A DNA stretch of 64,000 nt from Blasia pusilla (taxonomy: Eukaryota): NCBI GenBank assembly GCA_050084515.1, contig CM114271.1:9486001-9550000 (forward strand), written 5' to 3'. A program made the translations under genes and the position numbers. This document shows, one piece after another, positions 1-11,399 of the stretch (positions are counted from its first letter, which is position 1; every line of letters starts with the position of its first letter). Under the pieces are notes generated by a model. That model was not told the origin of the DNA. It saw only the letters and a program-made list of their open reading frames with translations, and made no database searches.

Positions 1-280
1 CTTGCAAAGGTCAAACAGTTTCTGCCTTCCCTCGAGGCAGAGAATGTTCCTGCCACTTTGCCAGGCGCCTTTGATACTTGCCCCTGAAAGTCCCACTAAG
101 TTGAACACCAAGTCACCCGGCCTTGAGCAGAGCTCGATGAGCGTTTGCATCAGGGCTGGCGACTTTTCCCTTCCTCCCAGAAGTGGGGTACTGTCTTGCA
201 TGTAAATTCCCGGGGGGGAATTGTACAAACTATCTAAGCTGTACCCATCTCAGCATGGATCCACAGGATCTTGGATCTTG

Positions 281-640
281 GACGGGTTGTCTTGTCCCGG
301 ACCAACCCGTCGGAACCCGACGGGTTGTAGTTGCTTTTGGGTTTTCCCAGTTGATTTTGGTTTTTGGATGCAACCCGTCGGAAGGCGCGGGTTCCGCCCA
401 GAGCAGCCCATGCTCGCTGAGAGCAACCCGTCGCTATCGGATGGGTTGCATCCAAAACCAAAATCAACCGAAAACCTAACAAAGAATCGCAACACGTTGG
501 GTTCCGACGGGTTCTGTACACCGCGGTTTTCCCTGTGTATGTGGGAAAGATGCAACCCGTCGGAAACCGACGGGTTGCTCTCAACCGAGCATGGGCTGCT
601 CTAAGCCAAAGAACCCGTCGCAGCCGACGGGTTGCTCACG
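281..640. repeat. 27-bp palindrome array (accessory-gene intron 3, copy A)
   Basis: Repeated GCAACCCGTCGG-N3-CCGACGGGTTGC variants, e.g. near 303, 370, 423 and 552. Confidence 0.9.
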
Positions 641-2744
641 GACAAAAAACCCAGATTGACTCTCATTCTACACATCATTATAAGATAATTGAAATTATTG
701 TACAGGAATTGAGCCTTACCCGAATCTGACTCGTCGCGGATCGGAGTGGATACTCGTTTTTGATGATCCACGATTGTGCCGTCCTCCACTTTAGCGACCT
801 CTTGACGCACTGGAGGTTGAAGAGCTCGTCATCGCTCCCTCCGGTCAACACCAAGAAGCGACCCTGTCACTCGGATAGGGCGTCGCAAAGGAGAACAAAA
901 GTGCAACCTGGTCATAAGTGAGCGGCACATTCCACTCGGTACCTCGTCGACGGATTCTTGCCCCAAAGTCGCAACCCGAGGGCAGATCGGCGATCAAGAG
1001 ATCCACCGCAACCTCTTCGACCACTCCATTCACCGCCCAGGCAGCGTGCCCGTTTCATTGGAGCTTCCGCCCCCAGCGTTGTCAATTTTTTCGATGGTGG
1101 TGTCGACGCTTGAGAATCAAGCTCTTCGACTCATCCAAGAAAGGAGTGAATCGAAGGAGGACGCTTGTCAGTCGTTGTTTGTCTGTGTCTTCCCAAGGAT
1201 GATGGGCTGTATTCTCCTTGGGACAACCCGTGCACCTCTCGCTTCCGCTTCTCCCTAGCCTGGGGACGGCTTGTCGGGGTTTCTATGACCTCGGATTCTG
1301 GTGGCGTTTTTTTCGCCGAGGACCTGGTCCGACCCTCTCTCCCCGCTCGTCCGGATGATTCCGCCTCTGGCCTTGAATCTTCAGCCTCTCTTTGGGAAGA
1401 CTCGGCCTATGAATTTTTCCCTCCCCTCGCCTTGCCTTTGAGACCTGCTGTGGATTTGTCTTGGGCTGTCCGGACCTTGGAAGCCAACTCAGCTGTCTCG
1501 TGGGCCTGCTCTTCTACATCTCCTCCGAAGAAGTCTTCAGGCTAGATTGGGGATGTCATCTTGTCTTGAGGCCACTACATCATGAAGCACTCGTAAATCC
1601 TTATCCGTGATGTCTTCAAGGTCGTTGAAGTCGAGCCAAATGGGGAAATTCTCCACCTCCCAACCGGACATGTGCTGCCCCATCTCCACGTCGTACATGG
1701 AGAATGTCTCTGCATCCGGCGGCGAAGCCCACAATTTCAAGGCTACCGATAATTTTCCCCACTACCTGCGTTCTTACACTGGACGAGGTACCTGGAGACC
1801 ATCCGTTGGGCAGCTTTTAGTAAAATAGAATCAGCCGTCTACTCTTGTAGACTTCGCTTCTTCTTCGCTTGATCCCCTTTGTTCCCCTCTACTTCTTCGT
1901 CAAGCTCTGCCTGAGGGAGGACGCAAACCTTGAACATGGTCTTGAATTCTGGGTTTTTGGTTGGCTTGTCCCGGATGTCGTCGAGCCAAACCTCAAAATC
2001 TCCATAACTTTCAAGGTTTGCTTCCGGCGGAATGGGCTCTAATCTTCTGAGCTCCGCTTGCAGACCATCCAGCACGGACTTCTCGATTACCCGCAACGCG
2101 TCCCAGAACGACAATTCGCATAGCCAATGCGAGATCACTGGATCGGACACACCCGGAGGATGGTGTGCCGCCCTCTTTTGGGCCTCTGAGCCCTCGAGAC
2201 TCATTTTCATCAGTCGTATCCTCCTAAACTCGCTTATCCCGGACAACGCAAACCGATGCACGCGATCTAGCGACACTTTCTCCCCAATCCGACCATGCGG
2301 ATCTTCATCCCTCTTCCGCTGGCCCTTGATAATCGCCTTCAGCTCCTTGTAGAACTCCGGACCAAGTTCGGGGTTGAGAATGCTGATGTATCGCTGCATC
2401 TTGCTCGCCGTGTATTTTGTTTGCGAGATCTGCGGCTTGATGAATTGGGCACGCTCGACGAGATACCTTCTCCCTCCGCTCTAGCTCGATTAACGCTTTT
2501 CTTAGCGGCTTTGTATCTTCGACCAAAGCAAAGGATGGTTACGGCTGCATCTTGAGAAATAAACTTGTTTGCCCAAGTTTTCTTCTTAATCTGAGCACTC
2601 TTTGCAAGCATCTGATTGACAAGGGCATCGCCCAAGAATCCCCTGTACTCTCCGGGGTGCGTCGTAAGCACCTTCCTCACCCGATTGCAGTCCTGGATCC
2701 AGCGGTGGGTGACATTCCCCTCCGATACAATCCTGCACATCCAA

Positions 2745-3450
2745 ACTCAACCCGTCAGGAAATTACATGGGTTCCTACAACCCGTCGGAGTCATACGGGT
2801 TGTCACAGCTCAAGGTCGGATTCTAGCAACGAGCTAAATGATGCAACCCGTCGGAGTCCGACGGATTGCATTCAGATTTGCTAATGCCTGGTAAGCAAAC
2901 CGTGAGTCCGACGGGTTGCTCGATAGGTCGCCTTGAGGGTGTTTTTAAGAATGCAACTCGTCGGACTCGACGAGTTGCTCGTAATCTGCAGGTTTAGAAG
3001 GTTTTTCCCCAAAGCAACCCGTCGAGTCCGACGGGTTGCTTGCCTCGGCTGGTTTTCCCCATATCAACCCGCCCGAGTCCGACGGGTTGATTTCGCCAAA
3101 AACAGTTTCGAGGCAAGCAACCCGTTGGACTCCGACGGGTTGCTTTGGGGAAAAAACCTTCTAAACCTGAAGTCACTCGAACAACTCGTCGGAGTCCAAC
3201 GAGTTGCATTCTTCAAAAAACATCCTCACAAGCGGTTTATCGAGCAACCCGTCGGACTCACGATTTGCTTTGGGCCAAAACTAGTTAAATCTATGTTCAA
3301 TCAAACAAGTCGTCGGAGTCCGACGAGTTGCAATCTTAAAAACATCCAAAAAGTATGCGATCCAAAGAACCCGCTTGAGTCCGACGAGTTGCTTTCGGCA
3401 AAAACAAACCTAACCCATTCATCAATCAAGCAACTCGTCGGAGTCCGAGA
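2745..3450. repeat. 27-bp palindrome array (accessory-gene intron 2, copy A), including a ~370-bp foldback
   Basis: About a dozen GCAAC(C/T)CGTCGGA-N-TCCGACG(G/A)GTTGC units. Spacers are mirrored around ~3077. Confidence 0.9.
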
Positions 3451-4907
3451 AAGGCGAAAAGTGTTAAAGATACTCACGTGTTCATGGCATGCATTACCAT
3501 CTCCACCGCCGCCATGTGATGAGGGTATGGATGAAGGACCACCGCCTTCACGAAATGTGCCTCCAATGAGTTGGGCGCTCCTCCGCAAACTTGGTCCACG
3601 CCATGAACGGTGATTTCCATCCACGATGAAGAAATGCGATTCCTCATCCGGCTGAATTCCGTGCCCTCAACTTGCCTTCGAAGTCCTGGTCTCGCATCCT
3701 CCGAATGTGTCGAGCTTTTCCAAGTCCTCCTTGGTAACAGAGCTTGGGTTCCATGCTTGTCGAAGGCTGAACATAGAAGGAGGAAAGTCGTCGACGAGGG
3801 GATCTTTGTCGCCACCGATTATGTTAGCCGCGATGTCCTCGTCGGACTGAATTTCGCGGACGTATTCCATTTTCCGCAATCGGCAGAGTGGAATCCTCGG
3901 GGCGTTGTGGCCCTCCATGAGTGCCAAATGCTTTACCACTTGTCAGAACCGGGACAAGAGGAATAAGCTACACTGAAATCCCAATGAATTGCAATTCACA
4001 TAATTAAAAAAACCGAGAACCTCTCTTACCCGCTCGAAAATGGGGTCGGTTTCTTGACCAGCTAACTTGTCTGAGACAGAGGCTGGAAAATCGACTGGGA
4101 ACTCGTCGATCCGATAGAGGTCGATGTCCTCCGCCGGGCTTGGCTTCTTCGACCATGTCCACCATCTCCACGCTGGCGGTCCTCATGACCTCGTCGTCAT
4201 CGATTTCAACTTCTGTTGTTTCCACTATGTTGATTGTGTCCCCGGACTTTGTGGGGGACATTTCCCGTATCTCAACACTTGCGGTTGGACGGGTTGGGCT
4301 ATCGTCAATGGCAATCGCTTTTTCCCTCCTTGCTTTAGCCAATTCTGCCCTCCTCACCGACGCGTCCAGATGCTTCTTTTCTCTCTTTTCGTCGGCGATC
4401 CTTTTCTTCAAGGCCTGCGACGTCTCGGCCTCTACGTTCTGTTTATCAAGCGCCTCTTGAACACGTCTCGCAAGAAGCACTTGGTTGTGCATCTCCGCTT
4501 CCCTTTCCCGCTCCTCGATTTCCTGCTGCCTACTTTCATTCGCCGAACGAGGCCCAGGAGAAGCTGACGCAGAAGTCCTAATGGACTTCGGAGTGAAGCT
4601 CCCAGACTTGTTGGCTTGTGATTTTTTCCTTGTGATTTTTTCCGGAAATGCCTCCACCTATGTCCACGACGAATCCCTTGATCAGTCGCCTTGCTGATGT
4701 CGAGATGGGAGCTCGAATCGCCTTGATGGTTAGCTCGAATCGTCCCGCTATCGCTAGGTCGAACTGTCTCGCTCTCGTTCTCTCCTATCGACTCGCGATG
4801 TGTCGCCGTGTGAAATGCCCTTCAGATCGATCGATTCTTTGACGGGAGAGTGAGGAGTGAGGAATGAAGATCGCGAAATGAGAAACCGGAAATGAGCGAT
4901 TTCTGCC

Positions 4908-4916
4908 CTATTTATA
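4908..4916 (-). promoter_or_regulatory. TATA box of the accessory gene (copy A)
   Basis: TATAAATAG on the minus strand, conserved at the same position in copy B (11071-11079) and copy C (57271-57279), ~240-280 bp upstream of the start codon. Confidence 0.65.
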
Positions 4917-5005
4917 CTTTTCTAGCCGTTGGGCTGATCGTTGGGTCCCGTCGTCCTTTTGACGGCGACGTGCCGGATGTTATGGAAGTCCGGACGTGAA
5001 AAATG

Positions 5006-5725
5006 GCAACCCATCCGAGTCCGACAGGTTGCGCGGCTCCGCCATCCTGGGTACGTCGCCACGTGCGCGAGCAACCTGTCGGAGACCGATGGGTTGAGCG
5101 GCTTCGTCGTCTTCGAAAAAGAACGCGAGGTACCCGCGCAACCCGTCGGAGACCGACATGTTGCGCGCCTCTGCCATCCTCGGTACGTCGCCACGTGCGC
5201 GAGCAACCCGTCGGAGACCGACGGGTTGAGCGCCTCCGTCGTCCTCGGAAAACAACGCGAGGTACCCGCGCAACCCGTCGGAGACCGACATGTTGCGCGC
5301 CTCCGCCGTGTTTGGGACGGGAACGGGGACGTATCTTGGGCAATCCGTCGGAGACCGTTGGGTTGCATGCTTCCCTCATCAAGGGTTAGGAACAAGGGCT
5401 TCCCGTGCAAGTCTTAGGAGTTTGGCTGGCTGCACCACAAGGCGAGGCCCTTGCGCAACCCATTGGATGGCGACGGGTTGCACGCCTCGCCGTCTTTGGG
5501 CTAAAAGGCGAGGCACCCGCGACACTCGTCGGGAACAGACGGTTTGCACACCTCCGGCATCTTCGGGCAAGAAGGATCGGTATCCGAGCAACTCGTCGGA
5601 GAGCGACGGGTTGCTCGCTTCGACAATGTTTAGCAGAAGCGTGCAACCCGTCCGATGCCGACGGGTTCGAGCTTCGTTAACCGGGTAATTTCGAGTTACC
5701 AAGACTCCGACGGGTTCCAAGTGTG
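5006..5725. repeat. Palindrome array in the divergent promoter (copy A), with a 132-bp tandem duplication
   Basis: Palindromes start at 5006, 5071, 5138, 5203, 5270, 5340 and beyond. Segment 5041-5172 is repeated at 5173-5304. Confidence 0.9.
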
Positions 5726-5928
5726 ATGCGCAACCTCTCGCTTCCCAAACCGGTAACATATTGCAAAGAAATGAATGTGTTACAAAATTGGATCCATTGT
5801 GTCGACAATGTCACCCACCGAATTCATGTTGTCGGTAAAAATCACGAGTATCTATTTCCTATTCACTGTAAATTAAATATTCTCATTCTCATTCTCATTC
5901 TGTCTCCTCCCTTTGGAATCTTCTTGGA

Positions 5929-8564
5929 ATGGATAATTATGTTAAGCTCACTTGTGGCAGTCATCAAGCGGCCCTTTCTCAATCGGAAATCATTCGACCC
6001 CAAGCTCGTGAGTCTTTCATAGCTTGATGAGATGAAAATTTTCATGCATTCGATTTCTTCTTCAATTGGAACCATCCTTTGTATCCAAAGATGTTAGGGT
6101 GGACGGTACGGAAGACATAATAGGTGAGACGGTCGAGCCAGTGACCTCAGACCGTAAAGTATGGAATCTCCTACCTCTACCAAATGGTCAATACAGAGTT
6201 TACGGCCTGCCCCTGAATTCGTTTTTTTCCCAAGTAGACGGTCTAGAATTTCCTAGTGCTCCGAGCTCACGTTTGCAACTCCAAGCTCTGATCCGGCCGA
6301 CTCCAACCGCACGCCTTCGTAACAATGTTGTTTTTCTGAAGAGATTCCGGATGTTATCAACCTCAGTGGATCTCTCGGACACCAATCGGGCCCTTTGTCC
6401 GCCTACTCGTTCCTCTTGTAGTATCAGGCAATAGTTTGCTTTCGTCTCGCCCTTGAAAATGTTCAAGCACATTCTTGTCGTATTTTGCCGCCCACGCACG
6501 ATGGTAATTGTATTTTTGAGTTGCCTCCACTTGCTTGCTCTGCTCAAAAGAAGGATGAAGGGCGCTGAAGGGTATGGACGAGAAAGTCGATTGTCATCGA
6601 TGGTGCAGGCTTCAACGGACCAGTGCTTCAATTCCAGATGGTCCTTGGATTGTCTCCCGCCGCCATTGCGTGGGAGCCTTGGAGTGTAGAAGTCCAGCAT
6701 GCCCGTATCTAGAGCGCAACGGGCGAGTTTATACGTCGCAATTCCCTCCCAAGAATGCAGAAACTCCATACGAGGTTGGTGCCACCATACCGCCTTGAGG
6801 CCATCGACGTCCTCATTGTCAGGCATCGCCCTTCTGCGTTGGAGCGTGTCCTGCATACATATTTTTCATTGTCCACGACTTGGGCTCCACGTCAGAGTAT
6901 ACAAGGTTGGCAGTTCATGTTGGCTCCCACACTCATCCTGTGACCCATGCAATTCAAAGACACATCAAGGAGGATGTGGCGAAGAAAGTAGCCGAGGTCT
7001 ACAGAAACTCTCCGGGTTCAAAGCCAAGAGTGATCAAGCTCACAATGGCATCACAAATTTATGAACAATTGCTTGGAATCCTTGGACAGGGCGAGATCAC
7101 GGCGGTTGAGGAGAAACAACTTTGGGAAAATCTCGCATTCCTTGTTGATCCTGAATGCTTCCAGAATTTGCTGCGTCAGATACGAGTTCTGGATGGAAAG
7201 ACGGCTAAAATGGATGCCATCGCCAGAATCAAGGCCAACTCCAGATTTCCATTCATTCAGAGATGGTAGTTCATGGGCCAAGGAGGCGAGGGATCCAGGG
7301 CCTATGTCTTCAAAATGTCAACCACAAGTCCGTCGAGTGGCCTCGATCTTATAGATTGAATGAGGGAAGGGGAAGATCTTTACGAGAGTTGGGTAAGCTT
7401 TGATATTTGCTACAGAGTGCTGAACGGATGGTTGATGATGGGTGCTCACGTTTATGACCATGTGGAGAAGGGACTCAAAACTATATTTGTCTGTGAAGTA
7501 AAAGCGCGTAAGACGTTGGCGGTTTGAAGATGTGCTGGTTACTCTTACTGGAGGTGGTGAAGGAAAACAAAAGGCCAGCTCCGGAAATTTATGGGTTCAT
7601 GGCGGACAATGCACAACCTTGGTCGATTGCTATCCGGGAAGTGTTCTGGGGTGGAGAGGTTCAACCGGAGAGGGAAAGGTCGGATGCTTTCCATTGGCAA
7701 TAGTCTGTGACCCGGTACACCAAATCTTGCATCAAGGAGAATAAGAGGACAGAGCATGTCACTCTACTCCAACGCTGCAAGGACAGCAAAACCTTGAAGC
7801 AGGCCATGGAATGCCAGGAAGAACTTCATGGGTGATGGAGGAAGCATGCGATTGAGGGGAAGTACAAAGATTTGTGCTCTTGGTTGAGTTGGTGGACCAA
7901 ATCGTGGGGGTATTCCCAGGAGCTCCAATGGCAGCCGGATAAGACTTCCGGAAAGCGTTTAGGGTACGTCTAAGCACAGAAGTACGTGAGTGCAGGTACG
8001 AACTGCACTCAAGACGAAGTGGACAATCTTACAAGTGCCGGTTTCGGACTCGTAGACGGGGGAAGTTCGGAGCATGTTCGCATTACAGAGACCTTCGCAT
8101 TTCGTATTCAACCCAAGATTGATGTCAACATGTACCTAGAGAAGGTGGATGATCTCAATCCATTATTTTTGTTTGAGTCTAGAAATGGGGTGAAGAGAAA
8201 CAGAATGTGCAGGCCAACGGTGGAGAAAGCAAAGCGAATTGCATCAGCTCGGGAGGCAAAAATGGAGATCATTGCCACGAAAGATGTCTTGAGTGGCAAT
8301 GGAATAGGAAGGATGTATTGGGTCAGGAACAACACTGTAAATTCAAGTGTCACAGGGGTGTATGTGGTGCACATCTGTTGCTTTCCCACATGTTCATGTG
8401 ATGACTTTGTCCAAAGAGAGACAAGTGGCAAAAGGTATTTCCCTTATAAGCACATGTACTATGTGTTGCTGGTAGTTTTAAGAGAGTCGGAGGTAGGAGT
8501 AGGAATTCACCAACCAATTCTGTCCCTCAAAGAAGTTCAAAGTATTTTAAACAAACAACTTTGA
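5929..8564 (+). pseudogene. MULE transposase, copy A (GCM-like domain, partial DDE, SWIM); frameshifted and missing ~1.4 kb
   Basis: Matches copies B and C. WVSFDICYRV and FMADNAQP are present. The exon region with the catalytic Glu is lost at ~7895-7991. SWIM reads CSC...YKH in ORF 7986-8564. Confidence 0.85.
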
Positions 8565-8976
8565 GGATGCAAAATGAGGTTTTAGATTGTACTTTTATTT
8601 TTCTCTCAACCTTCACTTCGAGCTTGAACTCTATTCAGCCCCGGGAAAATGACAGATTTTTTCCATACCTTGGATGGAAAAAGTGATTGGTTCCACACTT
8701 ATGATTCCACTGATTTTTCAGTTTTCTAAATTTTGTGCAAATTGCAACTCGTTGGACTCAGAGGGGGTTGCCAAAATATGGAAGAGGAAAAAAAAACTGT
8801 GGGATTGCTTAATATATGAACAAAAAAGTGCAAAAAATTTCAAACAAAAATTTTCCTCTCTTCAACCCAACGGAAACTCTCTTAAAAAAAAGTATCTATT
8901 TGGGTTGACCCTAGTTTCCTCTCTCCTCTCTCCACTCTTCCTCTCTTCCTCTCTTCCTCTCCTCTTACCGCTCCTC

Positions 8977-10818
8977 GCAAGTCTATGGACGCGGTCGAGA
9001 GACACTTTCTCCCCAATCCGACCCTGCGGATCTTCATCCCTCTTCCGCTGGCGCTTGATTATCGCCTTCAGCTCCTTGTAGAAATCGGGGCCAAGTTCGG
9101 GGTTGAGAATGGCAATGTAGCGCTGCATCTTACTTGTTGTGTACTTTGTAAGTGCAGATACAACAATTTGGACGAACTTAGCACGCTCATATGTAGACAG
9201 GTTCTCCCTCCGCTCTAGCTCCAATGAAGCGCTCTTCTTGGCGGCCTGTACCTTTGACCAACAAAGAATTTTTACGGCTACATCTTGGGATATAAATGTA
9301 TTTTCCCAAGTCTTTTTTTATTTATTTGAGCCCCCTTCGCCCGCATCTCATTTACAAGGGCATCGCCCAAGAACCCCTTGTACTCTGGCGAGTGCGTCGT
9401 TAGCACTTTCTTCACCCGATCACAATCCTCGATCCAATGGTGGGTGAAATTCTCCTCGGATACAATTCTGCACATGCAAACACAATATAAGAATTTTTGC
9501 AAGCTACAAGGGTTCCAACAACCCGTCAGACTCCGACAGGTCGCCACACCTCATGGTCGGAATGGTAGCTACGAGATAAATATTGCAACCCATCGGAGTC
9601 CGACAGATTGCATTTAGATTTGTGATTACCTGGTTACAACCCGTCGGACTCCGACAGGTTGTCAGATAATTTGTATTTAGAGAGTGGTCTCCGCGGAAAA
9701 AGTGAACATATCAACCCGTCAGAGTCCGACAGGTTGTGCAATTTCAAATAAAGTTGCAATTTGACGCCAAAAATCAAGCTCCCCTACTCCAATCATCTAC
9801 CCGTGTTGGCAAATGCAACCCGTTGGAGTCCAACGAGTTGCTTTTGGCCAAAAACATCCTAAAAATAGCGGCTAGTTAAGCAATTTTTCGGACTCCAACG
9901 AGTTGCTTTCGGCCAAAAACATCCTAAAAGTAGCGGCCAATCAAGCAACTCGTCGGACTTCGACGAGTTGCTTTAAGGCATCCGATAATTTGTTACCACT
10001 AGTTAAACAACTCGTCAGAGTCCGACGGTTTGCAGCAATCAAAATAAAGGAAGAGGAAACTTACGTGTTCATGGCATGCATGGCCATTTCCACCGTCGCC
10101 ATGTGATGAGGGTATGGATTTAGCACGATTGCCTTCAAGAAAAAATGCGCCTCCAATGAGTTTTGGGGCTCCTCTGCAAACTAGGTCCACAGATTGGGTC
10201 GGTGTCTAGGCCCACCAACTGCTCTGGGACAATAGCGGGCAAGTCCACCGGAAACTCGTCAATCCGATAGAGATCAATTTCTTCCGCCAGGCTAAGCGAC
10301 GAGGAAGACCGCTCTTCTGCTTCTTCAGAGATGTCCACCATCTCCACGCTGGCAGTCCTCATGACCTCATCGTCCGTCACTTGAACTTCGCCCATTTCCT
10401 CAGCCGATTTTATATTGATTGTGTTTCAGGACTTCATCGGAGACATTTCCTGCATCTCAACACTTTCGGTTGGACGGGCCGCGCTTTCTTCAATGGCAAT
10501 CACTTTTTCCCTTCGAGCTTTTTCCAATTCTGCTCTCCTCACCGACGCGTCCAGATGCTTCTTTTCACGCTCCTCCTCGGCGATCCTTTTCTTCAAGGCC
10601 TACGACGCCTCAGCCTCTACGTTCTGTTTTTCAAGCACCTCCTTAACACGTTTTGCAAGAAGCTCCTGCCTATGCATCTCCACTTCCCTTTCGTGCTCCT
10701 CGATCTCTTGCTGCCTTATCTCATTGGCCGAACGAGGCCCTGGAGATGGTGACGCATGAGTCCTGGACTTGGGAGTGAAGCTCTCAGCCTTTCTTGCTTA
10801 AGATTTTTTCCTCATCAT
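8977..10818 (-). pseudogene. MULE accessory gene, copy B (5' part only, internal deletion near 10190)
   Basis: Minus-strand ORF fragments 10135-10395, 9278-9547 and 8862-9224 (QRYIAILNPELGPDFYKELKAIIKRQRK) match A and C. GTAAGT donor near 10064. Confidence 0.75.
9515..10035. repeat. Palindrome array (accessory-gene intron 2, copy B)
   Basis: Units at 9815, 9880, 9945, 10007 and upstream; more decayed than in A or C. Confidence 0.85.
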
Positions 10819-11399
10819 TGTTCCCAAAAATGCCTCCTCCTCGACAACAAAATTACTTTCTGTGCACGATGAGTTGCCTCGATGAGTCGCCTTGATGAGT
10901 TGCTCGGATTAGTCACCTCAATGAGTCGCCTTGATGAGTCACTCAAATCGTCTCACAATGAGTCTCACGATGAGTTTCCGTGTAAAGTGCCCCTTGGTAT
11001 TTGGTCCGCCGTTGCGCTCGAGAGCAATTGAGATCGCGAAGCAAAAAACAAGGAATGAGAAAACCCTAGCCTATTTATACTTTTTGAGCCGTCGGGCTGA
11101 CCGTTGGGTTGCACCGTCATTCTGACGGGGAAGTCAGCCGTTATGGAGGTCTGGACATGAAAAACACCAACCCGACAGTCTCTGACAGGTTGGAGGCATC
11201 CGTCCTAGCCGAGCTATCGTGGCAACCCGTCGGAGTCCGACAGGTTGCGCGCCTCTGTCGTCTTGGGGCAAGAACGCGAGATACCTGCGCAACCGTCGAA
11301 GACCGGGGGGTTGCAGCCTTCCCTCGTCTTGGAATAACAAGGCGGGGTACCCGTGCAACTTGTCGGAGGCCGAGGGGTTTGTGCGCCCCTTCATAAGTG

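Larger units (their letters stand above)
1..4636 (-). pseudogene. MULE accessory gene, copy A: coiled-coil N-terminus, ParB-like domain and beta-class DNA methyltransferase-like domain (frameshifted)
   Basis: ORF fragments 4004-4657, 3667-3939, 3301-3624 (DGNHR), 2339-2740, 1839-2399, 1537-1740 and 845-1033 (VDLLIADLPSG), plus the minus-strand reading of 1-200 (REKSPALMQTLIELCSRPGDLVFNLVGLSGAS). Intron 3477-2733 has GTGAGT...GCAG. A deletion near 281 removes the last acceptor. Confidence 0.75.
1..8976 (+). mobile_element. Mutator/MULE-like DNA transposon, copy A (left end outside the window; internally deleted)
   Basis: Colinear reverse-complement match to copy C (base 1 pairs with 62215). 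Ends in the family terminus ...CCTCTTACCGCTCCTC at 8976, also seen at 19618, 13182 and 52130. Contains the transposase and the divergent accessory gene. Confidence 0.85.

Noticed and set aside
281-5725. Bacterial REP/BIME elements or prokaryotic contamination
   Set aside because: The context is eukaryotic: GT-AG introns, TATA boxes and Gypsy/Copia elements with TSDs. No RAYT or operon structure.
4912-5759. Many overlapping ORFs on both strands (also 183-604, 2933-3613, 56870-57275)
   Set aside because: They are translations of stop-poor GC-rich palindrome arrays (recurring NPSESDGL / ATRRSPTGC) and are not conserved as frames between copies.
7958-7964. Telomere repeat TTTAGGG in the filler DNA
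   Set aside because: A single 7-mer, expected by chance.
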